A stretch of 64,000 nt of DNA from positions 62,434,001 through 62,498,000 of the forward strand of contig CM060731.1 in assembly GCA_030704615.1 (NCBI GenBank), given 5' to 3'. The position numbers and the translations under genes were made by a program. This document shows, in pieces, positions 1 through 11,293 of this stretch. The notes under the pieces were generated by a model. That model searched no databases. It had not been told where the DNA came from and saw only the letters and a program-made list of their open reading frames with translations. The DNA is from Takakia lepidozioides. Taxonomy: Eukaryota; Plantae; Bryophyta. Within the stretch, counting starts at the first letter, position 1. Each line of letters opens with the position of its first letter.

Positions 1-394
1 GGTTATAGTGGCTTTGGTGGCAAAGCTGAGAACTGGACTTGGGAATGCGAGCTTTCATTGTGTGAAGGATTGCAAGACCAAGCGAAAGGGCTGATTTGGC
101 TTGGGGCAAATCAGTGAACTTTGTGGAGTATGGTGAGATTGGGTTTCAATATCAAGCTTCAGCATTGAGAGGGCTCTTGTCATGGCAAGAGTAGGGCTGG
201 AACAGGAGCTAAGAGGTGCGGCAAGGCCATGGAATGTGCACCTAGGGTTTCAGAGCTTGGAAGAAGAGCTCTTGCACCACAAGAGAAATGTTTTGTGGCT
301 GGAAATGTAAGCCTTAGGGTTTCAGGAGCTTGGCAAAGGCTGTGGAGTGCTTAGTCTTGTCTTAGAGAGCATCAAGGAGCCAGGAGCCAAGATA

Positions 395-810
395 GGGGGC
401 TGATATCTCTTGTGTGAAGAGGTTGCATGTGTGGAGCATGTATTCAGCTCATTGAAGCTTCCATCTTCAAGCTTGGAGGGCAAGCAAGGAAGAGGGAAGG
501 GCTGACTTCCCTTATGTGAGGGCAATGCATGTGTGGAGCATGCTATCAGCCTGGTGAAGGCTTGCACTTTCAGGTGTGGGAGTGCAAGAAAGGAAGGAAG
601 GGGCTGGTTTCCCTGTAGGGCATGTGGAGCATGCTTTCAGCCTGCTGAAGCTTGTATTTTCAGGTTTGTGGGTGCAAGAAATGAAGCAAATGAGCTGATT
701 CTCTTATGGTGAGAGTGGGGCATGTGTGGAGCATGCCTTCAGCCCATTGAGGCTCTTGTTTTCAAACTTTAGAGAGCTAGAACGGAAGGTCTAGGGCTGG
801 TTTCCACTTG
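395..810. repeat. Degenerate ~100 bp tandem repeat, ~4 copies
   Basis: Core gcatgt(gt)ggagcatg recurs near 425, 527, 620 and 720, each followed by similar 'tcagcc..gaagctt..ttcagg' and 'gggctg' blocks. Confidence 0.7.
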
Positions 811-1244
811 GAGTGAAAGAAAAGCACTTGTAGGGCCTATGTGAGTTGGGGTTTCAACTTCAAGCTTGAAGGGAGCGCAACTCTTGAAGCAGCAAGTGTA
901 GGGGGCTGGAATAGGCTCTAAGATAGATGCTATGGCCAAGGAAAGTGCTTGAATGAGTGCTCACAAGGGTTGGAACCAGCAGGGCTTGGTTGTTTGCCAT
1001 TGAGTTTAGTGGCGTGTTTGGGGAGGCTAAGTGAGAAAGAAGGCTTGGTTTGTGGCAACCACCTGATGGCTTAGGGCTACTATGGTGGTGTGTGGGAGCC
1101 GAAAGAGCAAGAATACCTTACTGATTTCCTCACAGCCGCCATAGCTCGGTGGAAAGAAGCCTAGAGTCCAAGAGACACAAACCCTAGCTTGGCGTGGCTA
1201 AACCCCTTGGAGAAATGGCTAAACTGCCAGAGCGGCCATGGATG

Positions 1245-1862
1245 GGGCTGTGCGGGGCTGTGACGGGCTGTGAGGGGCTGTGCCGGTGGCCTTCGGGACT
1301 GTGCCGGGCTGCGCCGGTGGCCTTCAAGGCTGTGACGGGCCGTGCCTGAGGCCTTTGGGGTTGTGACAGGCCGTGAGGGGCTGTGTCAGGCCCCTGTGGC
1401 CTTGGGGGCTGTGAGGGGCTGTGAGGGGCTGTGAGGGGCTGTGACAGGCCGTGCCTATGACAGGCTGTGCCGGTGGCCTTTGGGGCTGTGACGGGCTGGG
1501 AGGGGCTGTGACAGGCTGTGCCCGTGGCCTTTGGGGCTGTGACGGGCTGTGCCCGTGGCCTTTGGGGCTGTGACGGGCTGTGCCCGTGGCCTTTGGGGCT
1601 GTGACGGGCTGTGCCCGTGGCCTTTGGGGCTGTGACGGGCTGTGCCCGTGGCCTTTGGGGCTGTGATGGGCCGTGAGGGGCTGTGACAGGCTGTGCCGAT
1701 GGCCTTTGGGGCTGTGATGGGCTGTGAGGGGCTGTGACAGGTTGTGCCCGTGGCCTTTGGGGCTGTGATGGGCTGTGAGGGGCTGTGACAAGTTGTGCCC
1801 GTGGCCTTTGGGCCTGTGACGGGCTGTGCCTGTGGCCTTTGGGGGGTTGTGACGGCTGTGAC
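1245..1862. repeat. G-rich minisatellite, 31 bp unit built on a 10 bp GGGGCTGTGA subunit
   Basis: Exact copies of gcccgtggcctttggggctgtgacgggctgt at ~1520-1665, flanked by variant units. The overlapping ORFs 1324..1881 and 1455..1967 are repeat artefacts. Confidence 0.95.
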
Positions 1863-2027
1863 TAGTGATTTGTGTAGGCATGGGCTGGTCTGTGGTGGCC
1901 CGTGTTGACCTGTGGAGGGCCAGTGCTCACTCGTGGAGGCACTGGTGGACTGCCTAAGGACTGGCAAGTGATCTTGAAGGCGTGGAGGGCGGTTCGAGGA
2001 ATATCTTCATGATATTCCCATGGTTAT

Positions 2028-4529
2028 GCACTCTCACAGAGTGTAGCTGCCAGCCTGAACACCTCAGCCGGTCTTACCCCCGGCGTCGCAATCATGGTAG
2101 CCGAGAACAATGGAGCCTGGCACACAGATGTGGCCACTCCTAGTAGCATACTAGTTGCCGTAGCCTTGGCAACACTAGGTAGTGGTGCTACCCGTGTAAC
2201 TCTCCTCAATGGCATAGTAACCTCCGCCTCGGTAACAGTCGGGCGAGAACTAGGTGCCATGGATGGCGTCGACACTGTCTCTGCCAATGTGAATGACTGA
2301 GGAAGCCTAGCCTGACGGCTTGCCTCCCCACGCTGTGGATCCAACTCCACCTCTGCATCTCGTGGCTCAGGAACTCGTGCTGCTCCTCGAGTCACGGCTG
2401 CAACAGACTCCACCTGCACTAGTGGTAGTGCTGCTCCACACATGAATCCCATGCCTCCCATATCTCCTCCCTCAGGAGCAGGAGGTGGACCATCCGGCCT
2501 TAGAGCCGGTACCACCTGAGCTGTAGCCATGGCAGCGAGCCTCTACTCTAGCTGCTGAAGCCGGTTGGCCATGCCTTGGTCAACCCCCTGACCTCCGCGT
2601 CCTTGGCCATGTTGAGCTTGCCCTTGGCCTGCACCTCGTGGCTGGCCACCTCGTCCTCTCTGGGCTGCTCCACCTCGCCCCCGGCCACCATTGTTCCCTT
2701 GGAACTAGCTTGGGCGCAACTTAGGATGCAAACCATAACACTGGACCTCTCCATGCCCGTGCTTGCCACAATGCCCACACTGCAACTGTGCAGGCTGTGC
2801 ATGTGCCGGCCCTTTGCTTCCCTCTGGGCAATCCTTCTTGACATGGGGTCCTCCACATGTCCAGCACACCACATCCGCCCGTTGTTGGCCAGCAAATGAA
2901 GGGAGAGACCCCTGCATCTGAGGTCCTCTCTGCCCTTCCCTGAGCTTCACCTGAGCCCCCTTGTTGCCTTGAGCACGTTGAGGTAGTGGTTGGCTAGGAG
3001 CACCACTACCCCGTGGTGTCTCCTTAGCAAATCCCACCATGACCACTTGTTTCTCCACCATGTTGAGCTCTATCCGCTCTGCCAGCAAAAACACATTTGC
3101 TAAGGTGGGTTGGGCCGCTTGTAGGAGAGTTTCATCCCGCACCCTTCTCCTCAGCTCCTTGTCCAATATCCCATACCAGAATTGGACTGCCTGAGCTTCC
3201 GAAACCCCTTGGGTTACATTTATCAAGCGCCTCATGCGAGTGAAAGCCTCCCTCAAGCTCTTGGTCGGCTTCCATTGGAACTCTTGCAAGCTCCGCAACT
3301 TTTCTGTCCTCACCCCTTGGTAGTTCCCTCTCAACTCTTCGAAGAACTCCACAATAGGGTTGAAGGCAGGCACGGGTGCTAGTGCTGGTGCGGTAGTGGC
3401 TTGGGTGGACGTCGTAGCTACTGTACCACCAGTCCCACTAGTCCCACTGCTACTTGCTGAAGCTGTCGGTGCAGCGGCAGGTGTAGCCACTGCCCTCGTG
3501 GCTCTAGTGCCCCTAGTGATGAGACATAGTCGGGTGACCAGTACATCCTCCACTCCTCGATCTCAAACTCATGCCCCTGCCTGAACTCATGGTAATCATC
3601 CATAGGCGGCCCCTCAAGGTGCTGAAACAGCCCCTTCCATGCCATGAAAGGCGTAAATAGTTGTGGATTGCGCATTTGCTGCAAATCACACCAACTATCA
3701 AACTCTTGGATAAAATCATCCAACTCGATGGTGCCCACCGCCCCAGAGTACCTTCGTGGCCCCTTGGTAGCTCCATACATCTCCTCCATTGTGTCCCACA
3801 ACAATGGCAAAGAAACAACTTGCACCGCCAGTATGAGTCCTCCTGATTCACAATCCGAATCAGAACCTTCCGTAGAAGACACAGGAGGGCCTAAACCGCA
3901 CACCTCGTCTTGTGTACCCACTAGTATCGCTAGTGCTCGAACCGGCACTGTCCCCAGCAACTAGTGGCACCTCCGTGTTGACACTCAACCGGTCATGAAC
4001 ATGTCCCTAACCCCCTCTCCACAAGGTAACCGGATAGAGAACCTGTTGCGGCTTATGGTTTGGAATACTAAGTTCCTAACATAGCCTACACCTGTACCTG
4101 CATCCACCGCAAGCACTCCTATGGTTGGCTGGTCATCACCTCCAACCTCACCACAGGAGAAACAATGATGGTCTGGCTGGTCATCACCCCAGCCTCACCA
4201 TCGACAGCATGCTCTAGGACTGGCCGGTGATCAAATCCGGACCAATCACCTATAAAAATAGCGCCCACACAAAACTAGCATGGCGCACAGTCAAGCACGC
4301 AGGTATGGAGGGGATCCAAACACAAGAAATTAGAACGACAACTCCCCCACACCAAAAACAACTCCACGGTGTTGCTCCTGCAAGGACACCCCAGCCCAAA
4401 CCCGGACTGACTCTTGCCTCCACCTACAGAAAGGTCTTGGCCTAATGAGAGGGTGGAAACTACGAGGGAGAGAAGCTAAAGCAATGCCTAACCCCAACAT
4501 GCTCTCATCCCAACACTCTTCCTCTCCTC
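2028..4529 (-). mobile_element. Ty3/Gypsy copy A, inverted 5' segment (5' UTR, gag, start of the pol linker), decayed
   Basis: ORFs 3418..3960, 2705..3553 and 2024..2530 are collinear with gag of copy B. Zinc knuckles CWTCGGPHVKKDC and CGHCGKHGHGEVQC. UTR 4090-4440 matches 15355-15705. Confidence 0.9.
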
Positions 4530-7500
4530 AGGTTACTTCATCTTCTGCGGAGATAGTGGGAGGTGTAGTGCCAGAGGGATCCTCGGATTTGAGGGTCAAG
4601 ACTGCCACGGCGGCGCCATGGCAAGCTGCAACTGCCAGGTTGATGGAGCTGCTAGCTAGGCCAGCCATTGAGCGCGCCATGGTGACACCTGGAGTTGTCA
4701 TGTTAGACAACCAGGATGGCATTTTCTGTTTGAGTGGACCGGCAGGCAAGAGGTACCGGCCACTGCGGGTCTTGTTCGACTCGGGAGCTCAGCCATTGAT
4801 GCTAGGCAGAGCTGCTATTGCAGGCTTGGGCCTCACGGAGGCGGATATGGAGCCTTGTCCTTTCCAGATACAGACGTCTCTAGGAGGATTGGAGCAGGCT
4901 CGGGGCATGACACGGCGTGAATTGGCTATTAGACTACGGCCGGCTCACCCTACAGATGGCTCAGTGATGCGAGCCAAGGCCATTGTGACAGACGCGGTCT
5001 CATACGATGTCTTGGTTGGTGGGGCAGTGTTGTACCCCATGGGCTTCACCCTGGATTTTTGGGAGGAGTCAGCTTCCTATAGGCCTGCATGGCAGTCAGG
5101 GGAGGGCCGGCGTGTGCAGCTCCCTGTGACGTTCATAGGAGGAGTTGCGGTTGCCCAGCGAGGCAAGATGCCGACACTAGCAGTATTCAAAGCGGCAGTG
5201 AGTTGGCCTAGAGAGTTGCTTGAGGGCAACGCTCATTCAGAGGATGTCCCACCTCCGGGAGAGCAGGATGACATGTATGGTATGGCGGAGTTGCCTACCA
5301 TGGTTGCTCAAACTCCATTGTGGGGCACGAGCAAGGATTTGCAGCGGGATGCTGATCAACGGGTGCAACAAGCCTGGGTGGAGGCTTTTGTACCGTCAGA
5401 AGAGGAGGAGAGTGCGGGGATTGCACCAGGACCACCTCAGTTGTCTCCATTGGACACCACACCTATTGTATGGCAGTATCCGGATGAAGGCATTTGTCTT
5501 CTGGACTTGTTTGGCGGGATCAGCACCGGATTGGCTGTTGTGTTACAGACATGTGTATGAGTTCGGCGTTACCTGTATGTGGAGAGGGATGAGACTGCAC
5601 GACGCGTTTCACTTCGCCATGTTGCTCAGTTGGTGCAGCGGTACCCTGAGTTGTTGTCGGTGTCTGCAATTCGTGGATATCAGCAGACCTTGCCAACAGA
5701 CATTTCGTTGCTGGGGGCGCAGGATTTGGAGCGGGTTGGCTCCATTGATCTGGTAGTGGCAGGTTGGCCCTGCCAAGGGCATTCATTAGCCGGGCATGGC
5801 AATGGATTGCAAGACTCGAGGTCGGGTCTGTTTTGGGAGATGGTGCGGGTTTTGCGCCACTTACAGCTTCATCAAGCTGTATCTCCAGCATACATCTTGG
5901 AGAATGTGCCACTGATGGGCGATTATCGGGCCAGGGTGATGGCCAGTGTGCATCAAGTCCGGTCATGGCTTGGGTCAGCAGTGTTGCTAGATGCAGCTAC
6001 AGTGGGGTCACGGGCTCATCGTCCACGGCTATGGTGGACTAACTTAATGCCACCCGCACTGCTCAAGCGTGCATTTGATGGGGTACAGCGGCCAGCACAT
6101 CTCACAGTGGATAGCATTCTGGACACAGAAAGGCAGTCTCAGCGTGTGAGACACGATGACCATTCGCCTTTGGCAGTAGTCAACAAGGTGGGTCAACCAC
6201 GAGCAGCATTACCTACACTGCTCAGCTTCCCAGGATCGCATACTTTCCGGGATAGTGGACCTGGCCTCCTGTGGGATGCTCAGTTGCAGCAGTTAGTAGA
6301 GCCTAATGCTGACGAGCATGAGCGGGCAATGGGTTTTACCACTAGTACCACGGCGGTGTCGTCTCTTTTGAGGCATCACATCGTCAAGTGTTGGGGCAAG
6401 CAATGGATCTCAATTGCTTGACCTGGATTATCAGCTTGGCTCTGGCTGAGCAACGCAGAGTGCAGAGTACACTTCCCTCGATGGTCTCTCTGCCTACCGA
6501 GACGGTACAGGCAATGAGTGGGGGCGAGCATGTGAGGACCACGGGGTGCATGCATCCATGGCACACGTGGGAGGAGCTCGAGGTTCAGAGGGAGTTGGCA
6601 GCCAAGGCGGCTGTGATGGATGAGGTTGGGGATTCTTCTCGGGTTGAGGAGGTTCTCATGGATGAGATGATGGGGCAGGATGAGGCCTTGTCATTGACTG
6701 AGCAGGCAGGGAGTACTGCTTAAGAGGTTGCAACATAGCAACCACTGGACGTGTCCTCTACCTCTAAGCCCACTGGACTTAAGGTTTCAGTTACGGAGGA
6801 CAATTGGGAGCCTGACATTGGACCCATTGTCATCGGAGGAGAGAGACGACGTATACGGCGGTTCCTGAGGGTTTACAAGAATTGCTTTGCCTTCAGTTTG
6901 AAGGATTTGGGAGCACTGAAGGGTCAAGAGATCCGTATTGAGTTGGCCACTGACACGCCAATCTTTCGGAGACCCTATAGATACAGTGACATGGAGAGGT
7001 CTTTGATTCAGATGAGGACTCAAGATCTCTGGGAGGCAGGTTTGGTGGAGCTCTCTGGTGGAGAGTATGCTTCAGCCACAGTGATGCCAGCCAAGAAGGA
7101 TATCTATGGCAATTGGACGGAGAGACGTATGTGCGGTGATTACCGGCCTGTAAATCGTCAAACCAAGTCCGACAAGTATGCCATGCCAACACCAGAGGAG
7201 ATCTTTGATGCCATCGGGCATGCTAAGGCCTTTAGCACTTTGGATTTACGATCCGGATATCACCAGTTGCCAATCAAGGAGGCGGACAAGCAGAAGACGA
7301 CATTCTGGGGGATCAATGAGCACGGCAAGGATTGCCTATATCAGTGGCGGTTCTTACCATTTGGGCTTAAGAATGCTCCAGCAGAGTTTTCAGAGAGTCA
7401 TGGATAGGATTCTAGCAGGGGTGGACTTTGCTTGGTGCTACATAGATGACATCATCATCTTTAGTGTTACGATGGAGGAGCATGAGAGACACCTTCAGGT

Positions 7501-8268
7501 AGTATTGGAGCGCTTGAGAGCGCATGGATTGGGGGTACAGCAGACTAAGGTAGAGGCCATTGCACAAATTCCACGCCCCACGGATGTGAGCCGAGTTCGA
7601 GCTTTCATGGGGTTGGCAAACTATTATAGACGGTTTGTCAAGGGATTTAGGACCATTGCAAAGGCTCTAACCAAGTTGACCAAGGTGGACCAGGAGTGGC
7701 AGTGGGAAGATGAGCAGGAACGAGCTTTTCAAGAGCTCAAGGCGAGGTTGACCTCGGCGCCTATCCTGAGACGACCTATCAGGGGGCGTCCCTTTCAGCT
7801 GCATACGAATTGGAGCATGCTGGGGCTTGGAGCGGTGCTCACACAGGTGGATGATGAGGGAAGAGAGTTCGTAGTGGCTTATGCTAGCCGCTCGAACAAC
7901 GCTGCAGAGGCTAAGTACAGCTCATATGAGGGAGAGTGCTTAGCTGCAGTGTGGGCCGTGGCACACTTCAGGTGCTATCTATACGACAATCTTTTCACCC
8001 TTGTCACGGATCACCAGCCACTCAAGTGGTTGATGGAGTCAGACAAGCTTATGGGGAAGCTTGCACGGTGGGCACTCATACTCTAGGAGTATGACTTTCA
8101 GGTTGTGCATCGACCAGGTTTGGTCAATTGGGATGCGGATGGATTGAGTCGCAATCCATGCATGAGCCAGCAGGATGACACTGGAGCTCGGTGGCATGGT
8201 GAGACGGACGAGGAGATGGTGCCGAGATGGCACGCATCTGCATTTTTGTGTATCTTGGCATCGGGAGG
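4530..8268 (+). mobile_element. Ty3/Gypsy copy A, pol segment (PR-DNMT-RT-RNase H), decayed and truncated before integrase
   Basis: Protease LFDSGAQ; DNMT motifs DLFGG/GWPCQ/ENV; RT MCGDYR, LDLRSGYHQ, PFGLKNAP, YIDD; RNase H YEGECLA, TDHQPL. Stops at 5558, 6721, 6736 and 8084 plus frameshifts. Confidence 0.95.
5492..6430 (+). pseudogene. C5-cytosine DNA methyltransferase domain within copy A (stop at 5558, frameshift near 6365)
   Basis: ICLLDLFGGISTG, DLVVAGWPCQGHS, YILENV, AHRPRLWWTNL, EHERAMGF, LGQAMDLN. Confidence 0.9.
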
Positions 8269-8272
8269 TTAA

Positions 8273-8332
8273 CCAATCCCCATCCGGAACCATCTCAAGA
8301 GGTGGAGTCAAGCATCCCATATGCCAACCTCT
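8273..8332 (-). other. C-terminal half of a PHD finger directly downstream of the integrase (remnant after deletion)
   Basis: RGWHMGCLTPPLEMVPDGDW in ORF 8039..8353 matches the PHD pattern (F/W)HxxCLxPPLxxxPxGxW. Confidence 0.75.
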
Positions 8333-8333
8333 A

Positions 8334-9400
8334 CCCACCACGTATGGTAGCATACCTCAACGTATCACGGTGGTGTGCAATGGCAAGGTTCTCAAAAGCC
8401 ATTGGCATGACTTTCTTGAACAACTCTGCACGTTGCTCATATGCACGTGCCCACATATCCGGATCGTCAAGGTTAAGAACTGTAGCAGCTTCTCTGCGAA
8501 TGGATGTAGGCAAATCCGGCTCTCGGCCAAAGAGAAGAAAGTATGGTGAGAAGGAGGCAAGTGATGCTTGCTTGCTGAACCTGTAGCCCATGGCTAACCA
8601 GGGTAACTGAAGGTCCCAATCTCCTAGGTGTCCCTTCTGCAAGCCATACTTGCGCAAATCCCTCTTTACTGTCTGAACAACTCTCTCTGCCAAGCCATCG
8701 GTCTCAGGATGATCCCGAGAAGTGGTGCGGTGGTCTATCAAGGCCTTGTCACACAAAGCCTGAAACTCCCCCAAGAACTCTCTCCCTTGGTCCGTGAGTA
8801 CCTCAGCTGGAGCACCGAATCGGCTAAGCACACAATCCAAGAATGCATACGCAGCTCCCTCACTAGCTTTATCAGGCAATGGAACCAATTCAATCCACTT
8901 GGAGAAGTGCTCCACCATCACCAACACGTACTTGTTGTGGCACATGGTCAGTGGCAACGGCCCTGCGAAGTCAAGACTCCACCTGTAGCCCAATCCCATG
9001 ATCGAAAGAGGGTGCAATTGTGGAGTAGGGGCGTTGAATGAAGCACGCACCCTGTCACACACCATGCACCTAACCACAAATTGTTGCACCTCTGTGTGCA
9101 TACCACGCCACCAATACTGCCCCTGCAGTAGACTATGAGTGCGTCGCACCCCAAAATGCCCCAATTCCTCATGGGCATGCCGCACTAATCGTGCCCGCTG
9201 TGTTGGGTGAGGCACAATCCTCACTTGACCATCCTCCCACACTCGGAGTAGGTGTGTCCCCTCCCACTTGAACCTCTTGGTTCGTTGTAGGATCCGATCC
9301 CTCTCCTTGGCAGTCACAGTGGCTGCAGTGTCTCCAGTGCGGAGGTAGTCCAACACAACTGAATCCTCATGTATATCTTTGGCGCCACCTTGCTCATTGC
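8334..9400 (-). CDS. Integrase of copy B (HHCC zinc domain + DDE core), C-terminus deleted
   Basis: HEELGH...CMVC; WSLDFAG / LTDQGREF / GLAERVVQ. Confidence 0.93.
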
Positions 9401-9579
9401 TGGCCTCAGGGTCCTCAGACACTTGATCTACAGTCATCCCTGTTGCAGGTCCAACCTGGCCTTCCGCTGCCAAGATACACAAAAATGCAGATGCATGCCA
9501 TCCGGGCACCATCTCCTCGTCCGTCTCACCATGCCACCGAGCTCCAGTGTCATCCTGCTGGCTCGTGCATGGATTGCGA

Positions 9580-10951
9580 CTCAACCCATCTGCATTGCGA
9601 TTGACCAAACCCGGTCGATGCACCACCAGAAAGTCATACTCTTGAAGGATGAGTGCCTACCATGCAAGCTTCCCCGTAAGCTTGTCTGACTCCATCAACC
9701 ACTTGAGTGGTTGGTGATCCGTGACAAGGGTGAAGAGATTGCCGTATAGATAGCACCTGAAGTGTGCCACGGCCCACACTACAGCTAAGCATTCTCCCTC
9801 ATATGAGCTATACTTAGACTCAACAATATTGTTCGAGCGGCTAGCGTAAGCCATTACGAACTCTCTTCCCTCATCATCCACCTGTGTGAGCACCGCTCCA
9901 AGCCCCAACATGCTCCAATCTGTATGCAGCTGAAAAGAACGCCCCCTGATAGGTCGTCTCAAGATGGGCGCCGAGGTCAACCTCGCCTTGAGCTCTTGAA
10001 AAGCTTGTTCTTGCTCATCTTCCCACTGCCACTCTTGGTCCACCTTGGTCAGCTTGGTTAGAGCCTTTGCAATGGCACTAAATCCCTTAACAAACCGTCT
10101 GTAATAGTTTGCTAACCCCATGAAAGCTCGAACTCGGCTCACATCCGTGGGGCGTGGAACCTGTGCAATGGACTCTATCTTCGTTTGCTGTACCCCCAAT
10201 CCTCCAGGATATATCATGTGACCCAGATACTCAATCTGGTTGTGGAAAAACTTGCACTTGCCCGGATGTAACTTCAATCCGTGCGTCCTCAAGCGCTCAA
10301 ATACCCCCTGAAGGTGTCTCTCATGCTCCTCCACCATAGCACTAAAGATGATGATGTCATCTATGTAGCACCGAGCAAACTCCACCCCTGCTAGAATCCT
10401 GTCCATGACTCTTTGAAACTCAGCGGGAGCGTTTTTAAGCCCAAATGGTAAGAACCGCCACTGGTATAAGCAATCCTTCCCGTGCTCATTGATCCCCCAG
10501 AATGCCGTCTTTGCTTATCCGCCTCTTTGATCGGCAACTGGTGATATCCGGATCGTAAATCCAACGTGCTAAAGACCTTGGAATGCCCAATGGCATCAAA
10601 GATCTCCTCTGGTGTCGGCATGGCATACCTATCGGACTTGGTCTGACGATTTACAGGCCGGTAATCACCGCACATACGTCTCTCCGTCCAATTGCCATAG
10701 ACATCCTTCTTGGCTGGCATCGCTGTGGCTGAAGCATACTCTCCACCAGAGAGCTCCACCAAACCTGCCTCCCAAAGATCCTGAGTTCTCATCTGAATCA
10801 AGGACCTCTCCATGTCACTGTATCTATAGGGTCTCCGAAAGATTGGCGTGTCAGTAGCCAATTCAATGCGAATCTCTTGACCCTTCAGTGCTCCCAAGTC
10901 CTTCAAACTGAAGGCAAAGCAATTCCTGTAAGCCCTCAGGAACCGCCGCAT
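9580..10951 (-). pseudogene. Reverse transcriptase + RNase H of copy B (frameshift near 10510, stop at 9657)
   Basis: MCGDYRPVN, LDLRSGYHQ, YIDD, KCKF, YLGH; RNase H TDWS, EGECLA, TDHQPL, NADGLSR. Confidence 0.95.
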
Positions 10952-11293
10952 ACGTCGTCTCTCTCCTCCGGTGACAATGGGTCCAATGTCAGGCTGTCAA
11001 TTGTCCTCCGTAACTGAAACCTTAAGTCCAGTGGGCTTAGAGGTAGAGGACGCGTCCCGTGGTTGCTATGCTGCAACCTCTTGAGCAGTACTCCCTTCTT
11101 GCTCAGTCAATGACAAGGCCTCATCCTGCCCCATCATCTCATCATTGAGAACCTCCTCAACCCGAGAAGAATCCCCAACCTCATCCATCACAGCTGCCTT
11201 GGCTGCCAACTCCCTCTGGACCTCGAGCACCTCCCACGTGTGCCATGGATGTCTACACCCCGTGGTCCTCACCGGCTCGCCCCCACTCGCTGC

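Noticed and set aside
1245-1862. CRISPR-like array (31 bp period)
   Set aside because: Head-to-tail repeats with no unique spacers; eukaryotic context
1324-1967. ORFs of 185 and 170 aa
   Set aside because: Stop-free readings of the G-rich minisatellite, not proteins
8258-8272. Extension of the PHD to W-L-T-S-R-C (resembling WxCPRC)
   Set aside because: Most of these bases align with the copy A RNase H-integrase linker on the other strand; probably coincidental
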